From: an uncultured Nitrososphaerales archaeon
GTDB lineage: Archaea > Thermoproteota > Nitrososphaeria > Nitrososphaerales > Nitrososphaeraceae
NCBI GenBank assembly: GCA_963841565.1
Contig: CAWJCY010000003.1
Coordinates: 202,801-266,800, forward strand
Direction of reading: 5' to 3'
Length of the DNA stretch: 64,000 nt
Part shown: in pieces, positions 11,031 through 22,145 of the stretch
Layout of the letters: every line of letters starts with the position of its first letter
How positions within the stretch are numbered: position 1 is the stretch's first letter
Program-made: the position numbers and the translations under genes
The notes under the pieces: model-generated
What the model was told of the DNA's origin: nothing
Databases searched by the model: none
The model's input: only the letters and a program-made list of their open reading frames with translations

Positions 11031-11700
11031 TCAAATTTTTGACTCCCCACCTGACTCGTTGTCATCGATGCTATGACCGCTTACAGTCCATGGGAACCGC
11101 TTACTAATTATTGAACCCCAATCAAGCTTTGTCACCAAATAAAGGAGGCAACCTACTAGTGATACGCTAACAATTGTGAATATGGCCAAGTACACAGGAT
11201 CGGAGGTTCTGTTTAGTATTTGTAGGGCCAGTGGTCTTCCCCAAAGTAAGAGTATCCATACTACTACTAAATTGACTATGAGCTTTCCAAAGAAAGTTGT
11301 TACAACAAATTTCCATGGATCAAATTTGGAGATACCAAGGAGTATGATAAAAATATCATCAGGCGGAAAAGGAGTCAATGCTGCAACAAATGATCCTAGT
11401 GAACCATATCTTGTTAACAATAATTGCAATGGGGTCATCCGAGTTAATGTTTTCTTTTTGATAAGGCTCCTCCCGTGATAGCTCAGCTAAAAAAATTGTC
11501 GTTCGCCCCAAGGTCACGCCGATAGCAGAAGCTAATGCCAGCAGGTTCGGATCGAATCTACCGCTCAGCAGCGCGATAACCAAAACTGGAATATAAGGGA
11601 TCGGTACAAAGACGATTAGGCTTATGAGTAACGTTACTATCAAAACTCCAGCGTAGCCTAGACTACCCCCTATCGAGAAAATCTCCTCTAAAAGAGTCAA
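11031..11700 (-). CDS. DedA/VTT (SNARE-associated) membrane protein, split by one frameshift near 11485
   Basis: FVPIPY and ALTPFPPDD motifs lie in two overlapping ORFs. Removing one base restores TIFLASYHGRSLIKKKTLTRMTPLQ. Confidence 0.8.
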
Positions 11701-11864
11701 TAGCGAAACTATTGGAATTAAGCGGCTAGCCCAATATTTACGAATCGAACAATTGCAATTCAGATCAGTATTCTAATCGTCCTAACTGCAGTTCCTTTTG
11801 AACTGAATGCTGATTTTCTCACTCATTACTAATGTTAATTCGATAAAATAATTGCATTCATCTT

Positions 11865-12269
11865 CTACTTGAATTTGGTTACTTGAATATCACCGTCGTT
11901 TGCTGTGACTGTTACCTTTGTGAAATTCAATTCAGTGCTCCCAGGAGGGGTAATCATGACAGACGCGAATGGACCCATATTCCCAATCTGCTGAATTTGT
12001 CCCCGATCACCAAATTGCACAGATACATTATTGAGGGTATCAAAGTCGTTATTTGATATCCTGACACTTACTGTCTGCATAGTCCCCATCACCTCACTAC
12101 GCTCAACAATTTCTACATTTAATCCTGATCTAGGGATATAGACTGATAATACAACTACTCCCACAGTAATAAAGCCTGCGACTATGACATATTTTATAAT
12201 CCTTATGTAGTTCCTCTTACTGGAAAAGCCTTCGTCGTCGGCAAAGCGGTTATTCTCCCATCTTCCCAT
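11865..12269 (-). CDS. Membrane-anchored hypothetical protein with a beta-rich extracellular domain
   Basis: Likely start MGRWENNRF (ATG 12269), one TM helix, then VSVRISNN..LNNVSVQF. Confidence 0.7.
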   Translation of the reverse strand: MGRWENNRFADDEGFSSKRNYIRIIKYVIVAGFITVGVVVLSVYIPRSGLNVEIVERSEVMGTMQTVSVRISNNDFDTLNNVSVQFGDRGQIQQIGNMGPFASVMITPPGSTELNFTKVTVTANDGDIQVTKFK

Positions 12270-12984
12270 GAAGAACAATATACACATTAGTGTATTATGG
12301 TTATGGTTCTTACGGCTTCTCTTGATCAGAACCAAAATGAGTCAGAGGAGCTGCCGTAATGGAGATTGAAAAAGTAAGGTGTTTCAAAAAATTATAGAAC
12401 GATAAATATTGGTAAGTCAAGTAAGGAAACTGAAATACCTTAACGGCACGACAAAATAATCAATTTAAGAATTTACCTTCCTGACCGATGTTCAGCACCA
12501 ATAGAACAAGGTTTTCATTTGTGAGAGTGGGAAGAATGCAATCTAAGTAAAAGGTCGGCGCATGGGGTAGAATTCGATTCAGGAGTGTTGATCATTGTTC
12601 CAGTTGGCAGTTGATAGAGTTCATTGATAACCACTTTGACTGCCTGTACAATGACAGGATTTCAGTAAAATCGTTACTTCTCATCATGGTTCTCGCAAGT
12701 AGGATTAGAAGACCTCGAAAAAACAAAATATTTTCAGTCTAGCCCAAATAATTTGCCTGAACCTGATTTGTTATCATTATTGATAGTTCATTCCGTGCAA
12801 ATGTTCTATCAAAGTATCGATACTATAGTTTCTATATCTTTTTTAAGAAACTAAAGTTTAATTGTATTGGGAGTCCAAGATCTAGTATATGTTCGTCAAT
12901 CTTATTCCAATATAACCATGACCTAGTGAGAAGTTGACTCGATATCCTTCTCAATCCAGATAAATCAATACTAGATATCTATTT

Positions 12985-13218
12985 ATGATTATGACAAGCC
13001 TCAGAATTTTAACCTTGACTATAGCATTGACAGGGCTAATCATTGGTTCACTACTCAACGGTACAGGTATCTCCTACGGAAAGGAATACCAAAAAAAATC
13101 CCTTGCCGTTTCACAGGCCAATTACTGCGGACAAGGAGAGGTCGGGATGAGTGTTCAATGCACCAATACTGTATCACAGACTCAAGGAAATGAAAACGGA
13201 GTAGCTCTGACTGACTAG
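12985..13218 (+). CDS. Small secreted Gln/Asn-rich protein with a Cys pair
   Basis: Signal peptide, then SQANYCG..QCTNTVSQTQGNENGVAL; similar to 44520..44813. Confidence 0.7.
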   Translation: MIMTSLRILTLTIALTGLIIGSLLNGTGISYGKEYQKKSLAVSQANYCGQGEVGMSVQCTNTVSQTQGNENGVALTD

Positions 13219-13408
13219 GAACCATTTTTGAAACTTATTGCCTAATCTGAATTCGACCTTAAATTTCTTCATTGGAGGATACTTCATTCTCTAGTTTGTA
13301 CAATATGAAAGAAGATTAAAGGATGGATTAACAGGTTTTAAAGATAAGAATACGCTAAACATGAGCTGGGCGTTTTCCGATCGTCAGCCTAGAGCAACAA
13401 ACTCAATC

Positions 13409-15169
13409 TTACCTCCTGAAAAGAGGGTTACAAACGAATGGACCAAGTGTTTCTGTGCAGCGATCGTACAAGTCACTAAAGAAATCATCTGGACGATCAA
13501 TTTGAGTTTGTGTAGGAAAATAGCTACCATTGCCAGGTTGCAGGGCTCCAAATTCAGAAGTCGATCCCACAATGACAGGGATTTTTATGGGTTGAGCATT
13601 CCTTATTACAATAACTTCGATAGTATCGCCTATGTTTTTGTTCCCGATGAATTTATCTAAAGCATCAACATTAGTGATCATTGTATTGTCAATTCTCATG
13701 ATTACATCCCCTCCTATTTCTACTGGGGTTCCATTTATATCCGCAACAATAAATCCGCCTCTAATCCCAGCCTGGTCAGCTGGTCCGTTCGCAAATACGT
13801 CAACCACAAGGACGCCTTCTCGTTCGACTTCGCGAACATCATTTGAGAGTTGTTGTTGCGGGAATCTGGTTAGGTTCATTCTTGCCGCTATTTGTTCAGT
13901 CATGTTTATTGTATTGATGCCAAGGGTGGGGTACTGTTGCTGGCTCTGCTCAGTTTCCAGCTGTAGTTGTGTTGGCCTGGGTGTTACTGTCATACCAATT
14001 TCCAGGAATTTTCCATCCCTTATCACTCTAAGGATTACATTTTCACCTACCGACCTTGCCGATTGAAGGTACAAAAGTAAATCTTCAATTTTCCTGACCG
14101 TGACGTTGTCTACAGCAACAATTACATCCCCTCCCAACTCTATTTGTCTACCATTAATATCCTTTAACACTCCTCCATCTCTAATACCCGATCTTTCTGC
14201 TGGGCTTCCCGATGTAACCTCAGTAACTAAGAAGCCTCTTGAACTATTCAAACCCATCTCAGTCGCGATTTCAGGAGACACGTCCACGCCAGTTATTCCT
14301 ATATACGGATGTCTATATGTTCCTGTAGATATTAGCTCCGGTACTACTTTCCTAATGATATCTGATGGGATAGCAGATCCAACTCCTGCATATTCACCAC
14401 TATTTGAGAAAATTTCTGTATTCATCCCTATAACTTCCCCTGCTGTATTAAGCAGTGGCCCACCTGAATTGGAAGGATTAATGGCAGCATCAGTTTGAAT
14501 TAGGTTTGGGATCAAAAGTGATGGAGCATCTTGACGTAATAGAAGATCTCCTTGTGGAACAGAGGAGGGAAGAATCCTACCAAAGCCACTCACTATTCCC
14601 TCGGTCATCGACCCGGATAATCCAAATGGATTTCCTACTGCCAAAACTACTTGCCCGATTCTGACCTGGGATGAATTGCCCAGAGGTAATGGAATGAGGC
14701 TATCTCCAGTTATGTTTTCGACCTTCAAGACAGCCAACTCAGAGTAAAGATCTGCACCAATGACTCTGCCAATGTATGTCGTACCGTCTAGGAAAGTTAT
14801 ATGAAAATCTTTATCGCTTAGGCTTGTTTCTTGGCTTTCCCCTGGGTCAGCAACCACGTGATAGTTGGTTATGATATGGCCTAGATTATCATAAATGAAA
14901 CCTGAGCCTTGCCTTGACCCGAAAGAGGAGGCGCGAGCTTCGCTTATTTGAACTATTGATTGATCTACATCATTGAACAATGTAGTGAGATCACGTCCCA
15001 AATTCTGATTCGTCAGTATCGAGGAATCTTGATCTTCTTCGACCGGGACAGGCGAGTTATTTGGCGACTCCAATTGGGCACCTACTTCAAAGGCATATAA
15101 TGTTAAAAAGCAAATCAAGAAAATAGCAACAGAGGGCAAACAAAATCGAGATCGGTTGCATATTTCCAT
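13409..15169 (-). CDS. HtrA/DegP-like trypsin protease with two PDZ domains and an altered catalytic site
   Basis: Signal peptide; TNYHVV, YSELAVLK, QTDAAINPSNSGGPL; PDZ motifs GGDVIVAVD and GGDVIMRID. Confidence 0.92.
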   Translation of the reverse strand: MEICNRSRFCLPSVAIFLICFLTLYAFEVGAQLESPNNSPVPVEEDQDSSILTNQNLGRDLTTLFNDVDQSIVQISEARASSFGSRQGSGFIYDNLGHIITNYHVVADPGESQETSLSDKDFHITFLDGTTYIGRVIGADLYSELAVLKVENITGDSLIPLPLGNSSQVRIGQVVLAVGNPFGLSGSMTEGIVSGFGRILPSSVPQGDLLLRQDAPSLLIPNLIQTDAAINPSNSGGPLLNTAGEVIGMNTEIFSNSGEYAGVGSAIPSDIIRKVVPELISTGTYRHPYIGITGVDVSPEIATEMGLNSSRGFLVTEVTSGSPAERSGIRDGGVLKDINGRQIELGGDVIVAVDNVTVRKIEDLLLYLQSARSVGENVILRVIRDGKFLEIGMTVTPRPTQLQLETEQSQQQYPTLGINTINMTEQIAARMNLTRFPQQQLSNDVREVEREGVLVVDVFANGPADQAGIRGGFIVADINGTPVEIGGDVIMRIDNTMITNVDALDKFIGNKNIGDTIEVIVIRNAQPIKIPVIVGSTSEFGALQPGNGSYFPTQTQIDRPDDFFSDLYDRCTETLGPFVCNPLFRR

Positions 15170-15889
15170 AATGTCTCGTATAAAAACCCTGCTTTAAATG
15201 CGTTTGGAGGAGGGATCGTATTGATTCCCATTCTACAATTTACAAAATAAGGTACCCGATAAGAACTCAACCGAATGAATATACATACTACCAATTGATA
15301 AATCTTTACGTTAAGTAACAGAGAAAGTAAGGATCCATTTTAGAATTAGGAAATATTTTTGATTCAATAATTTTGAAAAGATGCAAGCGGCATACTATAT
15401 GAACTCATTTTATTCAAGTCAATAAGAGTGATAATCGAACGCTGACTCCACATATTATTTGGATCAGACAATTTGAGAGATCGCCATGTGTTAACCAGTA
15501 TCATTAAAAATACTGATCGCAAATTAATGGTCTTATTCATCTTTTCGATGCTAGGAGTAATAGATTAAGCATGTATGCCTTACTCTTTTAGCTCTGAACT
15601 TGTTCTATTGACCTACCTTCCTAGTTTGGTAGTCCAAAATACAGGAACAAAATAAAAAGAACTATGTTAGTTTACTAATGATGTCAACTAGAGTGAACAA
15701 TATTCATGAGTGACTTTTTATAAACAAAAGATTATCTTGTAACACGTTCATCTATCAATAGGATTGAAACCTTCTGCTAATTTTTATTATTTATATAAAT
15801 AATTAGACTCTTTACTGTAGATTAGTACTATAACAATTATTTATCCGACGCTAAACTTATTACTATGACCAGAATAGATATCCACAATC

Positions 15890-16480
15890 TTGAAAATATA
15901 TCAAGACAGTACTAAAACGGTTTACATGGTCCTACTTGTCTGTATGGTCACATGTCTAATGATTTCTGATCTTCATAACTTTCAGTTGTTTAATGTTGCC
16001 GCATCGCCTGCAGTTACGATAACACCAGAGGACGGAGAAGAGGATGAATTTGATGAAAAGGGTGATGATGAAACCGAATCATCTCAAACTCAAGAAGGCC
16101 AAAACGGAGAAGCGATACAACCAGCTGCGAGTACAGAAACACCCGATACCAACGAGCAGGATCATGAAGGCGATTATCAAATAGTTATACCTGACGGTGC
16201 TGCATGGAAAGAAACAATATCGGAAAGATTCTATCCTCCAGAATTAATTGTTCCATCAGGTTCATATGTAACATGGACCAATGATGATGATTTAACTCAT
16301 ACAATTACTAGTGGTAAAAAGGCAGGATATGGGTTGTATGAATTTGTGCAGGATGGTATATTTAATTCTGGAGAGTTAGATGAAGAAGAATCGTTCACAT
16401 TTCACTTTGCCGAACCTGGAAGGTACGAATACTTCTGCGTTCCCCATCCTTGGATGAACGGAGTTATTGTTGTACAATAA
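15890..16480 (+). CDS. Secreted or membrane-anchored cupredoxin (blue copper) protein
   Basis: Signal/TM segment, acidic linker, HTITSG and YFCVPHPWM type-1 Cu ligands. Confidence 0.92.
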   Translation: MKIYQDSTKTVYMVLLVCMVTCLMISDLHNFQLFNVAASPAVTITPEDGEEDEFDEKGDDETESSQTQEGQNGEAIQPAASTETPDTNEQDHEGDYQIVIPDGAAWKETISERFYPPELIVPSGSYVTWTNDDDLTHTITSGKKAGYGLYEFVQDGIFNSGELDEEESFTFHFAEPGRYEYFCVPHPWMNGVIVVQ

Positions 16481-16736
16481 ATGATTTAAATGCGATCCGG
16501 TTCACTTGTAAGAAGTCATTAGATATAGTCCCGCATTACACTTCCTGCTCTCAGAATCATTCCAAGCCATATCGAATTATGAATCATGAAATTATAGAGA
16601 GTACCAGTGTGGATACAGTAAAATCTGTCATGGTGGCCAATAATTGTCTGAGATAATAGAAAGTTAGGATATTGTCATCGATATGATTGCAACATTATTG
16701 CAAGAAGATCATTAGGGAAGGGATAAGACAATAAAG

Positions 16737-17168
16737 TTATCTTAATGGGGGTTGATAGAAAATTTTCTCTGGTTTTATCTTTAGGATAACCCTTTTTTCA
16801 CCAGGAGAACGACCTGGATATTTATCGACTCCAAGATATTTTTTAGCCAATTTATCTATATGCTCTTCAGCAACAGCTTGTGTAATTTGCTCTGTTACCT
16901 TCCCGCGGATAGTGACCATTTCGTATGGATTACTACCATTAACAATGGATATCGCTAACCTAGGATCTCTGGAGAGATTCTTGTGTTTTATCCTTCCTTC
17001 AGCAGTATTTACTAGGATACTATATTCATTATTTTTCTCGATATCTACCCATGTGGGGGTAATTTGCGGAGAGCCGTCTTTCATCAGAGTTGAGACAAAG
17101 GCGAAATTCTTAGCTTGAAATAGTCGAGCTATTGGCTCAGTGATTTGTATTGCGTCCTTACTCATCAA
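16737..17168 (-). CDS. PPOX-class F420-dependent oxidoreductase
   Basis: STLMKDGSPQITPTWVD, NTAEGRIKHKNLSRDPRLAISI, HIDKLAKKYLG. Confidence 0.9.
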   Translation of the reverse strand: MMSKDAIQITEPIARLFQAKNFAFVSTLMKDGSPQITPTWVDIEKNNEYSILVNTAEGRIKHKNLSRDPRLAISIVNGSNPYEMVTIRGKVTEQITQAVAEEHIDKLAKKYLGVDKYPGRSPGEKRVILKIKPEKIFYQPPLR

Positions 17169-17409
17169 CTATCAAATAGTATGCATATCTAATAACCATT
17201 TTGAATTGAACTATTTGGAATCGGATAAATTCAAGAAGACTTCAATAAGTTGAGTTCGAGGTAACTGGCGCCAGCTGCAAAAAAATAGGTCGGCAGTTTC
17301 CTCGTCCTCAATCCACTCACAAACATTAAAAGTGTTCTCAGAAGAATAAGTGGGTAACTGAGTGAAACACTAATCATCACCAAAATATTCTACAATTCGA
17401 CCGCAGGCG

Positions 17410-18678
17410 CTATCTGCTAATTCTATACACTGCTCCGTCTCTTAACGAAGTAACATACAGCATCCCATCTGGGCCAATCTCTAAGTCAGTCGGAACTCCA
17501 AACCCTTCACCAAAGATAGTACTTTGAAGCTCAGAGTCTGAGTTAGCCACTTTGTCGGCTAAAGTACCGTTTAAACGCAGTCCAGTTCTTTCCTGGTCCA
17601 GTTCAAAATGATAGATTCTGCCAAATGCATAGTCTCCAACAAACATATCATTCTTGTAACCGGGTCCAAATCTATCACTATTGAAGAATAAAAGAGCAGT
17701 CGGTGCCACAGTTTGATTCCACACAAACTTTGGATCACTATATTTTCCAGTTCCACTAAATGAGACCAACCCGCTATAGTTGAATCCAGAGGGAGCAATT
17801 CCTGTTAGGTCTCTCCAACCTCCATTGAACCCTGACTCTATCAAGTTAATTTCGTCATTTGTGCGTACACCGTTTTCGCTGATCCAAAGTTTTCCTGTCA
17901 GGGGGTCAAAATCCATACCAAAGCTGTTCCTTATCCCGTACGCAAAATACGATTTCATACCAGAAGCAAGATCTAATATTCCAGGAGCAACGATTTCACC
18001 ATCTTGAGTAATTCTGTGGACACCGCTTGTTCCATCTGCATCGGGTCCCTTCTCAAAGTTTTGCGCTTTGGTGCTATGGCCCTCTCCGTTATCGTCCTGA
18101 ATTTGACCTATTACTAAATAGAGATAATTGTCTGGTCCAACTAGAACCGGACCTCCGTTATCCATTGAACCAGTTCCCGCAGGTAAATCTAAAAGCAGCT
18201 TTGGGTTAATTAGACTGTCCTTATCATCGGCCAATTCGTACCTATACAGCCGATTTCCAAGGGGGTCACCTTCGTCATCACGCGACGATGATGATTCAGC
18301 GTAGTACAAAAATACAAAGGTTTTGCTCCCATTTTGGTACGAATCGATACCGATCAAACCTCTAGAATCATCCGTGGAAACATCCAAGTCTAATACTGTT
18401 TGAGAGATCTCCCCATCTATAACTCGCTTAACCTTCCCTGTATCCTCCTCTATGACTAAAAAGTCATCCGGACCCAAAAAGGTCAAGCCGGTAGGTCTTG
18501 ACAATCCGTCCACGATCCTGTCTAAATGAAAATCAAGTGACTTTAGAATCGGTTTTCCTAACGCCACGATGTGTACATCGCCTAGAATCGGTATCACCAA
18601 GCAACATGAAAGAACTACCAGTGTTATGAGATAAGTAAATGGAGGCATGAAGACATACATATGTGATAACCCTCTCAA
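17410..18678 (-). CDS. PQQ-dependent sugar (aldose) dehydrogenase family, secreted
   Basis: GLSRPTGLTFLG, YFAYGIRNSFGMDFDP, SENG..DEINLI, PTDLEIGPDGMLYV. Confidence 0.92.
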   Translation of the reverse strand: MRGLSHMYVFMPPFTYLITLVVLSCCLVIPILGDVHIVALGKPILKSLDFHLDRIVDGLSRPTGLTFLGPDDFLVIEEDTGKVKRVIDGEISQTVLDLDVSTDDSRGLIGIDSYQNGSKTFVFLYYAESSSSRDDEGDPLGNRLYRYELADDKDSLINPKLLLDLPAGTGSMDNGGPVLVGPDNYLYLVIGQIQDDNGEGHSTKAQNFEKGPDADGTSGVHRITQDGEIVAPGILDLASGMKSYFAYGIRNSFGMDFDPLTGKLWISENGVRTNDEINLIESGFNGGWRDLTGIAPSGFNYSGLVSFSGTGKYSDPKFVWNQTVAPTALLFFNSDRFGPGYKNDMFVGDYAFGRIYHFELDQERTGLRLNGTLADKVANSDSELQSTIFGEGFGVPTDLEIGPDGMLYVTSLRDGAVYRISR

Positions 18679-19219
18679 TATTAAGACTTCACAATCTGGT
18701 GCAGTTTATTCTAGCTTTTATCCTGATGGATTTCTAATTCGATGCAAAGTGGACGAATAGAATGTAACTCTATGCAAGATCTGATCTTACCATTCTTCCA
18801 AGAGAAACCGCGGATTTCATATAGATACTTTTAGGCAGAAATTAATCTAAATGTTGGTGCAGTCACATCAAACGGAGCAAAATTTTCTTGGCCGCCAATT
18901 GCGAAAGAACACCTCCACATTACTAGGATGCAAATGCCACAAATACCCCGATAGATTCTTTTAAAACATTGATCGTACATTCTGTTTAAGAGCTGTCCAC
19001 CCCGGAAAAGGGGAGCAGATGTGAACGCCATGTTGGAGATAGTAAACGCGAAAGGAGACATAGCAAACTTTGTGTTCGGGCTAATTCTCAACCACGCATT
19101 CCATGGTGATGCACATTATTCTCAAAAAGTCTTAAGTGATAAAGACTATTCTTCATCTAATAGAACTAAAAGTAGCATCCCATTTATTGGTGGAGAGAAA
19201 GATCTCATGTCATAGTTCA

Positions 19220-19762
19220 ATGACCTTAAAATTATCATTAACTGTTGGCGTAGGGGTTAGTATTATTGCTCTGATTGCAGTATTGATAGTTAGTTCGTTT
19301 AGTAAAGAGCAATCTGCGTTCGCACTCACACGTGGAACCCCATACGATGATCTTTTGAGTAGCGCGATGACAGGAGATTCGAATCGGAATGAACTGTCTT
19401 TTATGGGAACGAATAGCACTCAGGCAGGCCCATCTGCCAATAGCAGTAGTGTATTTATTTATGGTGACCTAGGTAACGATGAAATCCGGGGCTCTAATCA
19501 AAGCGACCATTTAGGTGGAGGGCCAGGAAGTGATGTAGTTTATGGCTACAATGGCGGTGATTACATCCAAGGAGGCCTTGGAATCGATTCTCTTTATGGC
19601 GGCGATGGAGATGATGTTCTTACTGGGAGTGAAGGAGCTGACTACTTTGATTGTGGTCAAGGAAGAGATAGTGTAGATGACTTCGAACCCGTTGAAGGAG
19701 ATTTCGCAGTGGCTAATTGTGAAATCCTGGAAAATGAAGAAAAACCAGTAGCGATGCGTTGA
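19220..19762 (+). CDS. Secreted protein with RTX/hemolysin-type Ca-binding nonapeptide repeats
   Basis: Likely start at ATG 19220 with a signal peptide; GGPGSDVVY, GGLGIDSLY, GGDGDDVLT, GSEGADYFD. Confidence 0.85.
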   Translation: MTLKLSLTVGVGVSIIALIAVLIVSSFSKEQSAFALTRGTPYDDLLSSAMTGDSNRNELSFMGTNSTQAGPSANSSSVFIYGDLGNDEIRGSNQSDHLGGGPGSDVVYGYNGGDYIQGGLGIDSLYGGDGDDVLTGSEGADYFDCGQGRDSVDDFEPVEGDFAVANCEILENEEKPVAMR

Positions 19763-20448
19763 CTAGACCAGCCCTACACCTCTTCGCTTTTCATATAACG
19801 TACGCTTCAAGGGATTGTTGAAGCACTTTGAATAGGGAATTTGTAAATTGCAGAGTGAATTTACTGGAATCTTATTAACTGATTTCATCGAGAACTATTC
19901 AAATCCTATAGAATAACTCATGTTCTTGGAGGGAGGGATTCAACATGATTGATCATCACTGAACGCTTAGGAGGCGGTAAGTCACATCTGTTCCATAGAT
20001 TGAAAATACACCATTCTTAGATCTTTTAGGGACGGCCAGGATGGAGAATGGGGCTTCGGATAAGGTTAAAATGGTGGCTCAATTGATTTTGAAAAAAGCA
20101 GAGAAAAGAGATCTCGGTGGAGTGGCAGGATCACTATCATCCTATAGTGAACCAAAGCTGCGATAGTATTTACAGTACGTAATTTAGGAAATATCCAAAA
20201 CAAAACAGGGATCGAAGATTTACAGAATACTATACAATGAATCAAGCATCAAAAAGTGATTGCTTGTTATGGAGGATATAATCGAGGTTAAATCAACAAT
20301 TACTCTGAGCAGAGCCGTCCTTAAGTGTGAATAATTGGTGGCCTACAGCCCATGTATACATGATGCTACCAAATCAACTAATAATGAGAGCTACCAAAAG
20401 TCAAATTCTAGATCTTTAACGATCATTCTCCAATCATACTGTAATTAG

Positions 20449-21672
20449 TCACACGATTACTGTTTGTTCTTTTCTTGTTCTTAATACTTTATAGTATAAT
20501 TCGGCATGTTCCTTGGCTATTTGTTCCCAACTTAATTTCATCCTGAATTCATTAATTCTGTCGATGTATTTATCATAATTCTTGTCAAGGTATAACATTG
20601 CATCTGAGAATTCTTTTGGATTCCGATCAACTGCGATGCCTAGTCCACGCGAGGCGAATTCAACAAAGAATCCTAACCTAGTGGCGATAAAAGGCAGACC
20701 ATACGACAATGCGTCGAACATGATTCCAGATCCTGAGCTAACCTTGTAAGGCAAAATGACTGCATCTGCGCATGAAAATAGCTCACTTAGTTGCTTTTCG
20801 CTTAGAAAATCGCTGCGTAAATTAATCAAGTTCCTCTTATGGACGCCAATCGGGTAGTCTTCGTGGCTGTACTCATTCTTAGAAGCATTATTGACAATGG
20901 TCCAACCGTCAGGGATGTCCATTTTTTTAATAACATCCCAGCCCTTGGTTGCTGTCGCGTAGCCCAGCGCCAAAGCAACCCTACCATCGGCCGGGATAGA
21001 ATAGGATTTTCTTAAATCAGCTTTGGTCCGATCTGCCGTAGAACCTTGTTTTTTGGCACCATGAAATATCACATTGCATTCTTGATTTCCCAATGTCCGG
21101 GACATGGATTCGGAGAATGTGATTCCAGCGGCACTCTTGATGAGCTTCTGCTTGTTTAAGTTATGAAAAGAACGATAGTTGATTAGCCTTGTCCAGAAAC
21201 TAACCAAACGTTTTGCCTTCCTTACAATATAAGTATCATTTTGGCGCTCGTAGATTGGGATAGGTAGACTCATCCACTGTCTGAAAGGATAACCCGAATG
21301 GAAAGTGGTTACTATCGGGGTCTTGCATGATTCGTAAAACGCGTCAATATTTGTACGAGTCCTCGCTGGGTTTAGCATGTCAAGTCTCAACTCATATAGC
21401 CCCGGTTCGTACTGGACGTGTACGACATCAGGATTTAATCGTTCGACTAGCTCTAGAAGAATTTCAGAATTCTTCGGGTTGTGCTGGGATATTCCAGAAA
21501 AGTCTCCATTTCCTCGCTTATCGCATACAACCTGTACTGTGAATCCCATCTCAACTAATTTATCTCTAAGATTGGAAGTATAGCGACCTACACCTCCAGC
21601 CATAGGTGGGTACTCTGGCGAAACAAATAGAACGGATAAAGTCGGATTTTCGTAACCCGTTTCGACGAGCAT
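20449..21672 (-). CDS. GT4-family glycosyltransferase
   Basis: SPEYPPMAGGVGRY, PDVVHVQYE, ADAVILPY..SGIMFDALSYGLPFIAT. Confidence 0.9.
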   Translation of the reverse strand: MLVETGYENPTLSVLFVSPEYPPMAGGVGRYTSNLRDKLVEMGFTVQVVCDKRGNGDFSGISQHNPKNSEILLELVERLNPDVVHVQYEPGLYELRLDMLNPARTRTNIDAFYESCKTPIVTTFHSGYPFRQWMSLPIPIYERQNDTYIVRKAKRLVSFWTRLINYRSFHNLNKQKLIKSAAGITFSESMSRTLGNQECNVIFHGAKKQGSTADRTKADLRKSYSIPADGRVALALGYATATKGWDVIKKMDIPDGWTIVNNASKNEYSHEDYPIGVHKRNLINLRSDFLSEKQLSELFSCADAVILPYKVSSGSGIMFDALSYGLPFIATRLGFFVEFASRGLGIAVDRNPKEFSDAMLYLDKNYDKYIDRINEFRMKLSWEQIAKEHAELYYKVLRTRKEQTVIV

Positions 21673-21787
21673 CTTCTACTAGTACATATGTATCCCCATT
21701 ATTATGGATATCTTAATTGGGACATAATTATCTATACATATCGAACATAAGTATTAAATATAAAATAGTTCTTAGATCTAGGATATA

Positions 21788-21985
21788 ATGCCTACAAGAT
21801 ACAAAGTCACTCTCACGACAGTGGGTACGAGTTCCGTCATCGTATTACCTAAGCCCGTAATAGATGGATTTAATTTGGGCAAGGGACAAAGGCTGGAACT
21901 AATTGCGAGAGACGATGGCATTTATATTCCGCTGGAAGAGCAGGATGCTCAAGGCAAAGAGGCCGATCAGCCTGAAGTAACATGA
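21788..21985 (+). CDS. AbrB/MazE/SpoVT-family DNA-binding protein
   Basis: LTTVGTSSVIVLPKPVIDGFNLGKGQRLEL swapped-hairpin signature. Confidence 0.85.
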   Translation: MPTRYKVTLTTVGTSSVIVLPKPVIDGFNLGKGQRLELIARDDGIYIPLEEQDAQGKEADQPEVT

Positions 21986-22145
21986 AAGCAGAGATCACAA
22001 CTTCAAGCTCAACATTCTACTAGTTATTGACAATTGCTAATGAAAACTTTTAGGGTGGAATTCCATCAGTATTACTAACAAGTCGCTTACTCTTTCACTC
22101 AATTATTCCTTCAACTCTAGTTACTTGGTGATTTGAAAAGACCTA

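Noticed and set aside
18831-19215. Short ORFs and a small CCCC-GGAAAA-GGGG hairpin suggesting an ncRNA
   Set aside because: No extended pairing and no match to RNase P, SRP or C/D-box features that I can recognise
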